Assembly: GCA_951406725.2 (NCBI GenBank) | Contig: OX597829.1 | Location: 30,380,001 to 30,444,000 of the forward strand | Direction of reading: 5' to 3' | DNA from: Octopus vulgaris | Taxonomy: Eukaryota | Length of the DNA stretch: 64,000 nt | The notes under the pieces: generated by a model | Told to the model about the DNA's origin: nothing | Databases searched by the model: none | Seen by the model: only the letters and a program-made list of their open reading frames with translations | Program-made: the position numbers and the translations under genes | Part shown: in pieces, positions 38,891 to 51,603 of the stretch | How positions within the stretch are numbered: the first letter of the stretch is position 1 | Layout: each line of letters opens with the position of its first letter

Positions 38891-39196
38891 AGACCCCCTT
38901 CGGTCATGATTGACCATGGGATTGCACCTAGAAAGTTAACCTCCCAGGCACAAGTCCAGGCAAGGTTGTTTATGGAAGACCAGAAGTTGCCCATGCATAC
39001 CGGCCTCCCCTCTACACACTACTGATTTTATCCAAGGGAAAGGCAAAGGGGCCGATACAGCTTAGCACCTGTGACATCGCAACTCATTTCTACAGCTGAG
39101 TGAATTGGAGCAACATGAAATAAAGTGTCTTGCTCAAGAACACAACACGCAGCCCGGTCCAGGATTTGAACTCACAACCTCACAATCGTAAGCTCG

Positions 39197-39515
39197 GAGT
39201 AAGCCCATAAATGTGAAACAAGGTGGAAGAAAGGGTACTCAAATACCAGAGGTAGAGTAATATGCTTTATTTAAAAGCAGCAGAAATGTAACAAAAGCTA
39301 TTACTCAGAGTTTCACGTTCCCATTCGTCTGGGTAGTAATATTATCTGGAGTGTACAGGGTGCAGTGAATAAACTATCGTCTGAATTATGCAGAAATGAA
39401 AATAACACTGACATCTCATTTTAACAGATTTATTTATCAAAATTGCATAAAAATATCTTGAAACTCTGAGTAACAGCTTTTGTTATATTTCTGCTGCTTT
39501 TAAATAAAGTATATA
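39197..39515. mobile_element. Palindromic family B element with its centre replaced by foreign DNA
   Basis: 39197-39330 and 39461-39515 match 48090-48225 and 48273-48327; 39329-39463 is the reverse complement of 40558-40692. Confidence 0.85.
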
Positions 39516-39690
39516 TATATCTTTGTAGTTAAAAGAATTAGTGGTTTTGACTGCTATTTCTAAATTTTCGGTATGTGGTGAAGCAACTTTTTGCTAAACC
39601 CTTAATTATAATTACTTTTTCTATAAGTTTTTACTGATAATGGATTTTTTCATACCGAAACTACTTGGTATAATTTTTTACCCTCTATCT

Positions 39691-39727
<37 letters not shown>

Positions 39728-39787
39728 CACACACACACACACACACACGTGCGCACACACACATGCGCACACACACACACAATTATA

Positions 39788-40665
39788 CAAGGTACAATGG
39801 GTAAGCTGTCACCATTTTATGTTTTTAATTTCACGCATGCACATTGTTTGTTTTTGATTTTGTTGACTACACAGTATAGTAGGGTCAGTTGGACACTGTC
39901 TGTAAGGAAAACAGCACCATGATGCAATTCATTCTGCCAGAAATTTGGAAACAACATGCTGTATTACTTGACAGTCATGCTGGAAGCTCCAATACAAACA
40001 TTTCAGAGTGTTTGGGTGTAAATCTGAGAACAGTGCAATCTGAGGACATGTACCGAGACTGATAAAAATCAAACATCATGGTGTTTGGCATGATCACTAG
40101 TGATGGCGACATTATGTCTCCATTTGTCTTCTCATATGACCTCAGACTCAACACGGTGGCTTACATCAAGTGCCTGGAGGAGGTAGTGCTGCTCTAGATC
40201 AAAAGGGTGGCTGCTGGAGGACCCTATGTCTAGCAACAGGACTCTGCACCATGCCAAATAAACAGGAGAAACCTGTCATGACTGTCAGACATTTTCTGTG
40301 ACCACACCACCCATAACATCTGACCACCGAACTCCCCAGACTGCAACCCCCTTGATTATTATGTGTGGGGCACAGTTGAGTGAGAGACCAACAAAACTCC
40401 TTGTAAAACCAAAGATGAACTGAAGGCAAGGATTATGGCAGCACTCACCAACTTAAACAAGGAGACCATCCATAAGAGTTGCAGGAGATTCCAAAGTCGT
40501 CTGGAGGCCATGATTGAAGCCAATGGCGATTTTATTGATTAAATTTACTCTTTAGTATTTCAAGATATTTTTATGCAATTTTGGTAAATATATCTGTTAA
40601 AACGAGATGTCAGTGTTATTTTCTTTTCTGCGTAATTTAGACGATAGTTTATTCACTGCAACCTG
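39788..40665 (+). mobile_element. Tc1/mariner-superfamily (maT/DD37D-like) transposon, internally deleted
   Basis: MVFGMITSDG...QQDSAP...PPNSPDCNPLDYYVWG...RLEAMIEANGDFID; ~27-bp imperfect TIRs, TA at the left end. Confidence 0.85.
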
Positions 40666-41310
40666 TTCACTCCAGATAAAATTACTACCCAGTGAAGTGA
40701 ACACAGAATTACCTATTAGAGGAATTTACTGCATGAGTGACAACTCTTAGTAATCATAGACATTAAATACTAATCAATGCAGTTAGCTGTAACCTGCAAC
40801 ATAACTGAGAGCAACCACAGTATCTGCTCAGATAATATATCCCTCTGCTCCAATATGAAAATCATCATTACATGAGAACAACACCAAGAGCCCACTCCCA
40901 GTTGTATCTGTTGAGACCCAGGAACTTGCCCACTTGACTAGGGATGTTTGATTAAATCCATGATATATGCAGCAAGAACACAGATCCTTTTCAGATCTAA
41001 GAGCTCTAATACACTGCTGAATTCTAGATCCTAAATTTTCAGTGGTTGTAAGCATTTGGCTAAGTTTCTGTTGACAAATTGTAAAGTGCCACCCTTTCCC
41101 TCTCCAAATTGAATGCACCACAGAGTTTAAGACTGTGCTAGGACACCAGATGCATTAAAAAAAATGTCTGGCATGCTCTCATTACATTAAACTAACAGTA
41201 GCACACAAAAACATATATTGTGTTTATTAAATAATATTTATCTCTCACCAGATGAAGTACTTTTCTTGTTAATCTTACCATCATGGAAGAGTACACAATA
41301 TATATATATG

Positions 41311-41349
<39 letters not shown>

Positions 41350-41864
41350 CCCATGCTAGCATGGAAAACGGATGCTAAACGATGATGATGATGATGATGT
41401 ACATGGCATATGAGTCTAATTATTTAGTTTCTACATTGGCTTTACTGATTCCATCTGTCATCCAATTGTGAAAATAGTTAAAGGATTGTTAAAAGAACAC
41501 TAGTTCAAAAATGGAGCACTATTTAAAAACAACAGCTGCCACCACAATTACTGCCACCGTCATATGGACAAGACTTCAATTGGTTTCCTGTACTTTTCAA
41601 AATTTTCAAAATTAGATAGAATGGAATTTAATGACAAGATCCAGTTAAATATAATTATAATTGATAACATATTTTGCCAAAATATCAAGAGTAAAGAAAG
41701 CAAATGAAAAATGGAATGAATACACCAAAAGAAAAAAAAGGAAAATTATAAATAAAAATTATTTTAATTTTTTTACATGAATGGTAAGCATTAATTGATT
41801 ACTAAATAAAATATTGATTTCTCACAAGATCACTAGGTCACACTTTTGTAAAGGGAACTGAGTG

Positions 41865-42011
<147 letters not shown>

Positions 42012-42527
42012 GCTGCTGATTGAATCAACCTGAGTATATGATTTGAACATGTCAGTGACAGGATATCAATGTAGTCATTAAAATTGCTAGGAATAGCAGC
42101 CAAATCTTCCTCACATTACAACCTATTGTCATATAAAATGGAAAAGTGCATTTTGTGATAGTGTAAAAAGACAGGACAATCACAGCTCAAAGGTGTTTGA
42201 TCACAGGCCTGACCAGTCAACTCATATCTGGGGATAAGCAACAGCAACAACAACAACAAAAACAAAGATAACAACAACAACTATTGCTTGTTTTATCAGA
42301 GCAAATGTTGACAGCAGTGTGATTTAAAGGCTGAACCTGTTAAGAAGTAAAGAACTTCATTCTACTATTCTGCAATTCCATTTCTCTTGTATAATTGAAA
42401 AAAATATGTGATCATATGTCAATGAGGGTCAATCAGTTGATATTTAAAACAATTTTTTTCTGTCTCTTTTTCTCTTTCTCTTTCCCTCTCTCTCTCTATC
42501 TACCTACCTAACTACCTACCTAACTAC

Positions 42528-42632
<105 letters not shown>

Positions 42633-43127
42633 AATCTATATATCTATCTATCTATCTCACTCACTTTCTCTCTCTCTCTCTCGCCCCCCCCTCTCTCTCT
42701 CAAAAGTCAATGAAGTTTTATGTCACAGGTCAGTCACTGATTGAAGTGACCACTAGGTGCATGCTTAGATTATTCAGATCCCAGCAGTTACCTTCTCAGC
42801 ACCACTAGTGTTTTCCAAAGGTATTGCAGTGTAATACTTTTAGCGTTAGTTCTGCTGCAGGAATTGTCAGAATAGCATTAAGTCAGACACCAGACCACTT
42901 AAAGGATTACATTCTGGATTTATTACAGTGTTCACTCCCTAGCCTTTGTCTTACGAAGCAGATCATTTAGCCATAGTTTGGGATTTGTAACCCTGGACAG
43001 AGATCCATACTTGATATTGTAAAATGAAAACAGCTGAACCCAGCAGAGAGTCAAGCAGGGCAGGGCAATAATGCACTGTAGTAGTGATTAAGATTGTTAC
43101 CCACTGTCTAACATTTGGGTAGATGTC

Positions 43128-43370
43128 ATCATCATCATCGTTTAACGTCTGTTTTCCGTGCTAGCACGGGTTGGACAGTTCGACCGGGGTCTGGGAAGCC
43201 AGGAGGCTGCACCAGGCTCCAGTCTGATCTGGCAGTGTTTCTGCAGCTGAATGCCCTTCCTAACACCAACCACTCCATGAATGTAGTGGGTGTTTTTTAC
43301 GTGCCAGGGGAAGCTGGCAGCGACCATGATCGGTTGGTGCTTTTTATGTGCCATTGGCACAGAAGCCAAA
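43128..43370 (-). mobile_element. RTE-tail repeat
   Basis: Reverse complement of about 5020-5266. Confidence 0.8.
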
Positions 43371-44029
43371 ACATCTTGAGTGGAGAAGTACAGTGAGGAA
43401 CTTATCCATGGTTATGACATTGTATTGAAGGACAATACAGTAGTAACAGTTTACCTATGGTTATTACAATGTACTATAGGAGAGTACAGTAGTGAGGGTC
43501 AATCCAAAATGATCATATTGTACTCAAGGGCTGTAAAACAAATAAGATTTTTTTTAAAGAATTTAGTTGATTTTGGCAGATCTTTGACAGTTTCATATTT
43601 GTACAATGAGAATTACATTGATTTCTGACATCGACAAAAGATTACAAAATTTTAGAGGTGGATATAGATAATCATACTAATTTTACCAACTGCAGGAGGA
43701 TGTCAGACAAGATGACTTTATTGTGACACAAAATCAGAAGTTAAGCATGTAGAGCTAAAAATTGCTAATGTCATATGTATTTTGTCTTTTTCTCAGCTTG
43801 CTGCCTTTCAGTAATAGCAATATAAAAAAAAAATACTCTTTCTTCAATTAAGTTATGAAAAGATTATATTAGTTTTATTGATTGTAGGAAGATGTAAGGC
43901 AAGGGAACTTTGTTGTGGAACAAAATCACAAGTTAAGCATGTGTAATTCCATTTATTTTTAGTTAGGTTGTGAGGCAATAATATGCCTCAGTAGAAATGC
44001 CTACTGGTGCACAGACTATCGGTTATGGT

Positions 44030-44118
44030 TAGTACAGTACAGTACAGACTATAGTTAATACAGTACAGACTATGGTTAGTACAGTACAGACTATCAGCTG
44101 AAGGGTAGTACAGTACAG
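44030..44118. repeat. ~21-bp minisatellite (tagtacagtacagactatggt)
   Basis: About 4 imperfect units. Confidence 0.75.
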
Positions 44119-44782
44119 TTGTTGGCATCCTTTTGTCTCGGAAGACAATGGAGTTGCACATAAACTAATCCAGTCTGGTTTTTACATTTCATGTCCTCTC
44201 CAGTTTTGCGCAAACCTTAGTCACAATTAATGTTCCTAACACTAGCTAAATGATAACTAAATTATTTTACTAAATTCTTCGTTATATCTAAAATAATTAA
44301 GAGAAACACAGAACATCTCAAAATAAATACAGTAAAAAAAGGGTTAAGGATGCAGTGACCTGGTGCCTTACAACTGATCCAGGTTGTTTATTCCAAAGCT
44401 TTGATGATTCTAAGCATGAAAAAATGTTTCTGAAATGTTTTTTTTTTACCATTTTCTGCTATTTGTTTGTATATGTGAGTGTTGATATTTTTATTATTTG
44501 TTTTTGCAGTACTAACTTTGGCACTGAAAGCGAAAACTGAGAAGGAGTATATTAGAAAGGTGAGGAAGTTATTGAAGTCAAAACTGAACAGTCCAAATCT
44601 AGTGAAAGTTGTAAATAATTAGGCAGTATTGTTACTTAGATATTCAACAGATTTTATAGTTGCACAAAATCTGAATTAGCAAATCTAGAAAGAACTAGGA
44701 AGGTTTGTGGCATCTAAGGTTACTTGATGTAGCCTGATGTTAGGATTTTTTCCCCAGCAGTCAATCTGTTATGCATAAATGA

Positions 44783-44823
<41 letters not shown>

Positions 44824-45045
44824 AAAACAATTCATCTTGAAATTGTTTAGTGTACGTTTAAATCTGAAAATACGATTAGGGATTTATAAATCTTACAGCA
44901 ACTGTTGTGTGCATATTGGACAAATTACAGCTTTTTTAATAACTAAGGTGTCTAGCAATCATGTCTATTCACACACACAATTGCATGCGTGCACACACAC
45001 ACACATATATATTGAGAGAGAGAGGCATATATATATATATATATC

Positions 45046-46275
45046 CGATCTAGCAATGTTTCTACAGCTTGATGCCCTTCCTAACACCAACCACTCTGAG
45101 AGTGTAGTGGGTGCTTTTTATGTGCCACCAGCACATGAGCCAGTGAAGCGCCACTGGCAATGACCATGCTCAAATGGTGCTTTTTACATGCCACCAGCAT
45201 GGGAGACAGTCAGGCAGCACTGGCAATGATCAAAGGAGAATAGTATTTCTTATGTACCACTGACCATGCTCGAATGGTACTTTTCATATGCCACCAGCAC
45301 AGGTGCCAATCAGGCTGTACTGTCATTGGCCATGACAATGACTTCACTTACCTCAACAGGTCTTCACAAGCACAGTTTATTGCCCAATGATTGAAGGATA
45401 CTCTTAAATGGGCTGGTTATACACCACTGGCATAGGCCACAGTTACAGACTCACTTGGCTTGCCAGGTCTTCTCAAGTACAGCATATCACCAAAGGTCTC
45501 GGTCACTTATCATCGCCTCCATGAAGCCCAACATTCAAAGGTTGTTCTTCATCACCTCATCTCAGGTCTTCCTGGGCCTACCTCTTCTACAAGCTTCCTC
45601 TACTGCTACGATGTGACACTTTTTCACACAGCTGCCTTCATCCAAACACAACACGACCATACCAGCGCAGTGTTCTCTCTTGCACACATGTGATGCTTCT
45701 TACGTTCAGCTTTTTTCTCAGGGTGTTTACACTCTGTCGTGTATGCACACTGACATTACACATCCAGCAGAACATACCAGCTTCATTCTTCAGCAGTCAT
45801 GGTCCATGTTTCAATGCCAAGTAGCATGGCTGTTCGCACACTTGCATCATATAGTCAATCTTTTACTCTGAGCAAGAGGCCCCTTTGTCACCAGCAGAGG
45901 TAGGAGCTCTCTGAACTTTGTCCAGGCTATTCTTATTCTAGCAGCTACACTCTCATCTACACCTAGGTAATGGAAGCTATCAATTACTTGTAGTTTTTCC
46001 CCCTGGAATGTTATGGAAGCTGTTTTCTACACATTTTCAGTGTTTATTGCCCCTGAGCATTTGCCACACACAAAAACTATCTTCCCAGTTGGCCTTTCTT
46101 TGATATTGTTGCAACTTTTATGTGTCCATAGCTTACACGGGGTACATCTTATGGAGTTTCTACCTATGTCTTTTCTACAGATCGAGCAGGGCCATCTACC
46201 TGAAGGTATTTATGGTTTGCCTTCCTACTTATTAAGACTTTGGTTTTTGCTAGATTGACTCTAAGGCCCTTCAAT
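45046..46275 (-). mobile_element. RTE-clade LINE 3' portion with Cys-rich insert and 3'UTR
   Basis: GLRVNLAKTKVL; WPCSICRKDIGRNSIRCTPCKLWTHKSC...FVCGKC; LRWYG; CRRGRPRKT; DRDLW.YAVLEKT. Confidence 0.85.
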
Positions 46276-46298
46276 TCATACATGCATGCATACATACA

Positions 46299-46335
<37 letters not shown>

Positions 46336-46457
46336 ATTAGAGAAAAACCACTATTATGCAATTCAAACAATGATAGACATAAACCAAATCATAAAGAAAA
46401 AATAAAATATATTATAAAACATATAACATTATACTCCCTAATATTATTATTATTATT

Positions 46458-47010
46458 GAGTGAGAGAGCAGTGCATGCCATCAAAGTGACACTGGGGTAA
46501 AATATACGAAGCCCAATATACCCATCATGACTACCCGTCTGATAAAGGTACACCAGGCACATGCATCACAACCATATGTGCGCGACATGGTGATTTCATA
46601 TCAAGATAAACAGCACATGACCTTGCAGGTGGGGTCCAGTTAGAATTTTCTTCAGGTTGAGTAGCCCATCCCGCTCAAAAGGTCCCTGAATAAGGGTTGT
46701 TTAAGGATGTTGAAAGAACCACCCATGTTTCCAGAGGTGAATTATTCAAACCCCAAAGAATCCCTCTCAACACATGGCTATAATGCTCCCCCACTACTTC
46801 TGCTCGTGATCAGAGATGTACATATCGTCAGCCACTAAGGGACATGCTCAACTGGTTAAGGTCAAACAACTGACAAGCAAATCTGTGGTATTGAGCAGAA
46901 TATTTGCTGTTGCCCATCTTTTATACCAAGACAAAACAATGTACATGATAACACTTCCAATCAGTTAAGATCAGAAGCCATGAGAGCCACTGCCTGGTAC
47001 TGCATCAGGG

Positions 47011-47011
<1 letters not shown>
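46458..47011. mobile_element. Repeat family X, apparently full-length, inserted in (ATT)n
   Basis: (att)n on both sides; no TIRs, no ORF, no obvious A/B box. Confidence 0.85.
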
Positions 47012-47059
<48 letters not shown>

Positions 47060-48087
47060 TCAGCAAAACAGGTATCTGGAAAATTTGTTCAACGGATTAT
47101 ATATACATAAACAAAACAGGAATCTGGAAAATTTGTTGGTATCATTTACTCAGCATTTCACATGTTTCATTTGCTAATAGGAGTCACAAAACTGAACATG
47201 TTGGATAAACATGACATGTAAGAAATTTCCTATTAGAAATTCTTCAGAGAGAGAGAATTAAATAATTCTAATTGGAAATTTCTTACACACACACACAAGA
47301 ATTCATACACTTGTACTGATGCTCTGATACTCACTTACATACACAAGCATACAAGCACATGGATTTACATTCACACATATGTACTCACAACTTCGACTGT
47401 TTTCATCCTCTTCTGACTAGTTGCAGACCATACAAAAGAAAAAAACCCATTTTGTTCAAATATAAGTAAGCTTCTACGCAGTCAGGGAGATATACTGTTG
47501 ATCTCTCTCTCTCTTTCTCTCTCTCTCACACACACACAATCCATATCAACATGGAAAACTACATGCTAAAAGAAGAACAGTGATGATGATGATGACGATG
47601 ATGATGAAGATAAGAAGGTGGTGCAGGTGGTGATAGTGTTGCTGATTTGACAATCATGATGGTGTTGATAGTGATGATGATGATCTTTAGTGATAATGAT
47701 AATGGTGATGAGGATGTTGATGATAATTATAGTGGCAGTGATGGTGGTGGGAGCCACTACTAAGAAATCTCAAATATGCCATTCTCTTTTTCCATTTTAT
47801 TTATCCTAAAGTTCCAAATTATTCTCGCCCCCACCACCACCACACTTAACACACCAATAACTGTAATTTTTATAAAGGAAAGGAATTTAGTCCTGCTGCT
47901 CATTAATTTCATATTAAAAAATAATTAGGTCATTTAAATTGTTTCCATGTCTCTTCATTCATTCAGACACCTCTACAATCACATATACATGGAAAGAAAA
48001 AGTGGAAACTAAACATATAAGTATTGCTCTTTCTATATTATGTATATTGTGTATATTATGTATATATATATATATATATATATATAC

Positions 48088-48321
48088 CCGAGTAAACACA
48101 TAAATGTAAAATAAGGTGGAAAAAAGAGTACTCAAATACCAGTGGTAGAGTAATATGCTTTATTTAAAGCAGCAGAAAATTCAACAAAATCTGTTACTCT
48201 GAATTTCACATTCCCGTTCGTCGGACAGTTTTTGCTAGAATCTAGCAAAAACTGTCCGACGAACGGGAACGTGAAACTCAGAGTAACAGGTTTTGTTGAA
48301 TTTTCTGCTGCTTTAAATAAA

Positions 48322-48327
<6 letters not shown>
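48088..48327. mobile_element. Palindromic family B element in (TA)n
   Basis: 48153-48327 is a near-perfect inverted repeat centred on 48240, with a ~65-bp unpaired left extension. Confidence 0.9.
48247..48294 (+). ncRNA. Type I hammerhead ribozyme motif; mirror copy at about 48186-48233 on the minus strand
   Basis: ctgt-CCGACGA-acg ggaa cgt-GAAA-ctc a gag-TA-acag: stems I, II and III all pair; predicted GUA cleavage after 48285. Confidence 0.7.
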
Positions 48328-48371
<44 letters not shown>

Positions 48372-48409
48372 ATATTATGTATGATTACACACACACACAT
48401 GATGGATGA

Positions 48410-48790
48410 TGGAAGCACTCTGTCGGTTACGATGATGAGGGTTCCGGTTGACCCGAATCAACGGAACAGCCTGCTCGTGAAATTAACGTGTAAGTGGCTG
48501 AGCACTCCACATACACGTGTACCCTTAACGTAGTTCTCGGGGATATTCAGCGTGACACAGAGAGTGACAAGGCTGGCCCTTTGAAATACAGGTACAACAG
48601 AAACAGGAAGTAAGAGTGAGAGAAAGTTGTGGTGAAAGAGTACAGCAGGGATCACCACCATCCCCTGCCAGAGCCTCGTGGAGCTTTAGGTGTTTTCGCT
48701 CAATAAACACTCACAACGCCCGGTCTGGGAATCGAAACTGCGATCCTATGACCATGAGTCCGCTGCCCTAACCACTGGGCCATTGCGCCT
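48410..48790 (-). mobile_element. tRNA-derived SINE, family P variant
   Basis: Minus strand ggaggcgcaatggcccagtggttagg...gtttcgattccc; 3' part shared with 33594-33905. Confidence 0.8.
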
Positions 48791-49270
48791 CCACACACAC
48801 ACACATACACCCTGCAATAAAATTCTCCATATTTTGTTTAATTTGGCAATGAGGCATACTCCTCTCCTTTTTCTCATACATAATACAAATTATCTCTCTC
48901 TTTAGCTTCATTCCAGTTACTTTAACCTACTCTTCTATAATGTGAAAAGCCATGTAGCTCCTCAACAGCAAGGAGTCTCTTATATTCTAGCCTTATTTCC
49001 TATAATAATGCTGTTTTCCTCTCTATTGCAGACCTCCTCTCAACCAGAGGGGACCCTACTCTTTCTGAATACACGACAACCTCACTAGTGCTGGTGCCAT
49101 GAAAAATATACCTTGTACATGCTGTAAAGTGACTGGCATTAGGAAAGGTATCTATTCATAGAAACCATGATAAAGCAGACACTGGAGAACAATACAAGCC
49201 TTGGAACCCTTGAATTCTGTCAAACTATCCATGTATGTTCATAGATGATTGATAAATGTGCTTGTGTATA

Positions 49271-49356
<86 letters not shown>

Positions 49357-50053
49357 TTAATTTAAGACTACTATTTTAAAACGTTTAATGGTAACAATAG
49401 AACTTTTGCTAATGGGGAGACTCAATAATGAAAGTTCAATAAGAATTTGAAGTTTGTCAGAATGAATTTTATAATTTTCATTTGCTCCTTACTTCTATTT
49501 TTCCACGCTAGAGTAGCTTAGTTTAATATATTATCAAAGCACAGTTTTACAGCCAAATACCTTTCCTGTCACATATAATATGTATATATAAAATAAATAA
49601 TGTAATTCACCAGAATATGCAACCAATAAGGGAAGCAAATAAACATTGGATAGATCCAGCCTCCATAATCAGGGTGGAGAGATAAAGATCCGATATTTCA
49701 GATCATGATGCAGAGGATATGGTTTCATATTCTGGGGAACTACATCTGCCAACATTATGAAGTAACTCTGAGCCCCCAGACGCAACTGTCAGACTTGTAA
49801 TACAATGCCTTCTTCCCTTTAATTTTCTGTGTCTTTTGTACTCTGTATAAGTTCACTCCGTTAATATATAAATATCTATATTTTTATACTAGAATATTTA
49901 TTGTGTGAAAATTTTCAATCTTTACTTTCTATCTATTTACATGTATGTATATTTTCTATGACAAACCCAAGCAGTTTTATTTGTTCATTTGCATCATTGT
50001 TTTCATATCTGCTCACCTTTGGATCTCATCTGTTGACTATATATATATATATC

Positions 50054-50364
50054 TTGGCATGTAAAAAGCACCATCTGAATGTGGCCGATGCCAGCACCAC
50101 CTTGACTGGCTTCTGTGCCAGTGGCACGTAAAAAGCACCAACCAATCGTGGCCGCTGCCAGCCTCTCCTGGCACCTGTGCCAGTGGAACGTAAAAAGCAC
50201 CCACTACACTCACGGAGTGGTTGGCTTTAGGAAGGGCATCCAGCTGTAGATACCATATCTGATCAGACTGGAGCCTGGTGCAGCCTCCTGGCTTCCCAGA
50301 CCCCGGTCGAACTGTCCAACCCATGCTAGCATGGAAAACAGACGTTAAACGATGATGATGATGA
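50054..50364 (+). mobile_element. RTE-tail repeat
   Basis: Matches about 4890-5266. Confidence 0.8.
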
Positions 50365-50384
50365 TATATATATATATATATATA

Positions 50385-51603
50385 CAGCGTGTGTAAGGTA
50401 TTTGAGGACATACCTCTTTGGAGTCATTGCTGCATTTTTTGCTAACTCTGTATAAATTTTGCTTCAGAAAATAATAATAGCAGATCCTTGGCTTACTCAA
50501 GAAATGAAGAGGTGTGCTGTTATTGTGGTTATAAAGGCTGAGCATAACAATTTAGAAATACCTTGATTTTTAAAAGTTGCCAGATTTTTCGTCTACACAG
50601 TTTGTAAGGATCTAGAGACTGGAGATGGAAACATATCACCAGTATCAAAGCATAAAAAGCATTCTAAATGCTCTGAAATTATCAGAACACCTGCATTTAT
50701 CCAGCAAGTTCAACAGACCATTGATTACAACCCCAGAAATCCATGAGGTCAATTGCAAAAGATCTCCATGTGTTCGATAGAACAGTTAGAAATGTTGTCC
50801 ACGAAGACATCAGATATAAGTCTTGTATGATGAGGAAAGGTCAATTTGTCAGAAAAAGCAAAAGGAAATCACTACATCAGATCTAAAAAGGTTCTTAAAC
50901 AAACTGAAAAACCCAGCAGAAAAAGATTTGATTTGGTTTTTCTCAAACAAGAAAAACTTTGACCAAGATCAAAAAGTTAACAGAAGAAATGACAGATGAT
51001 TACATGCAGATCCTTCTGAAGTTCCAAGTGTTATACATACAAAATTTCCTGCTTCTGTCATGGTTTTAAGCATTGTCAGTAATGAAGGACATGTGATTCC
51101 ACAAAGCCTTAGAGTTAACTCTGCCACCTACATTGAGGTCCTGGAAATAATTGTTAAGCCCTGGGTAGACAGTGTATGCAATGGAAGGCACTATCACACA
51201 TGACTCCAGTAACATAGGAATGGATGTTTGAAAATTTAACAATTCACCTCCTAATTCTTCAGATCTCAATCCATTGGACTCATTCCCCAGATCTCAATCC
51301 ATGTGGAGCTTTGTTGAAAGAGGGGCCAATGAACATGCTCATAACACCAAAGATTCTTTGAAAGCTGCTATAGTCAGAGTAATGCCCCAAATGATCCAGG
51401 ACCACTTGATTCAAGCATGTAGATGACTTAGATCTCATACAGAAGCAGTTGTTGAAGCTGAAGGTGGTTTTATTGAATTACATTATAGAAAAGAAGGTTT
51501 CTTGTTATCCTCGTAGAATTTTGAGATAAATAAAGTTATAATCTGTTATTATATATGTTTTTTTATAAACATAAATCTGTCCTCAGATATCTTATGCACC
51601 CTG
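50385..51603 (+). mobile_element. Second maT-like Tc1/mariner transposon, decayed
   Basis: TIRs cagcgtgtgtaaggtatttgaggaca / tgtcctcagatatcttatgcaccctg; FFSNKKNFDQDQKVNRRNDR, TKFPASVMVL, PPNSSDLNPLD, AVVEAEGGFIE. Confidence 0.85.
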
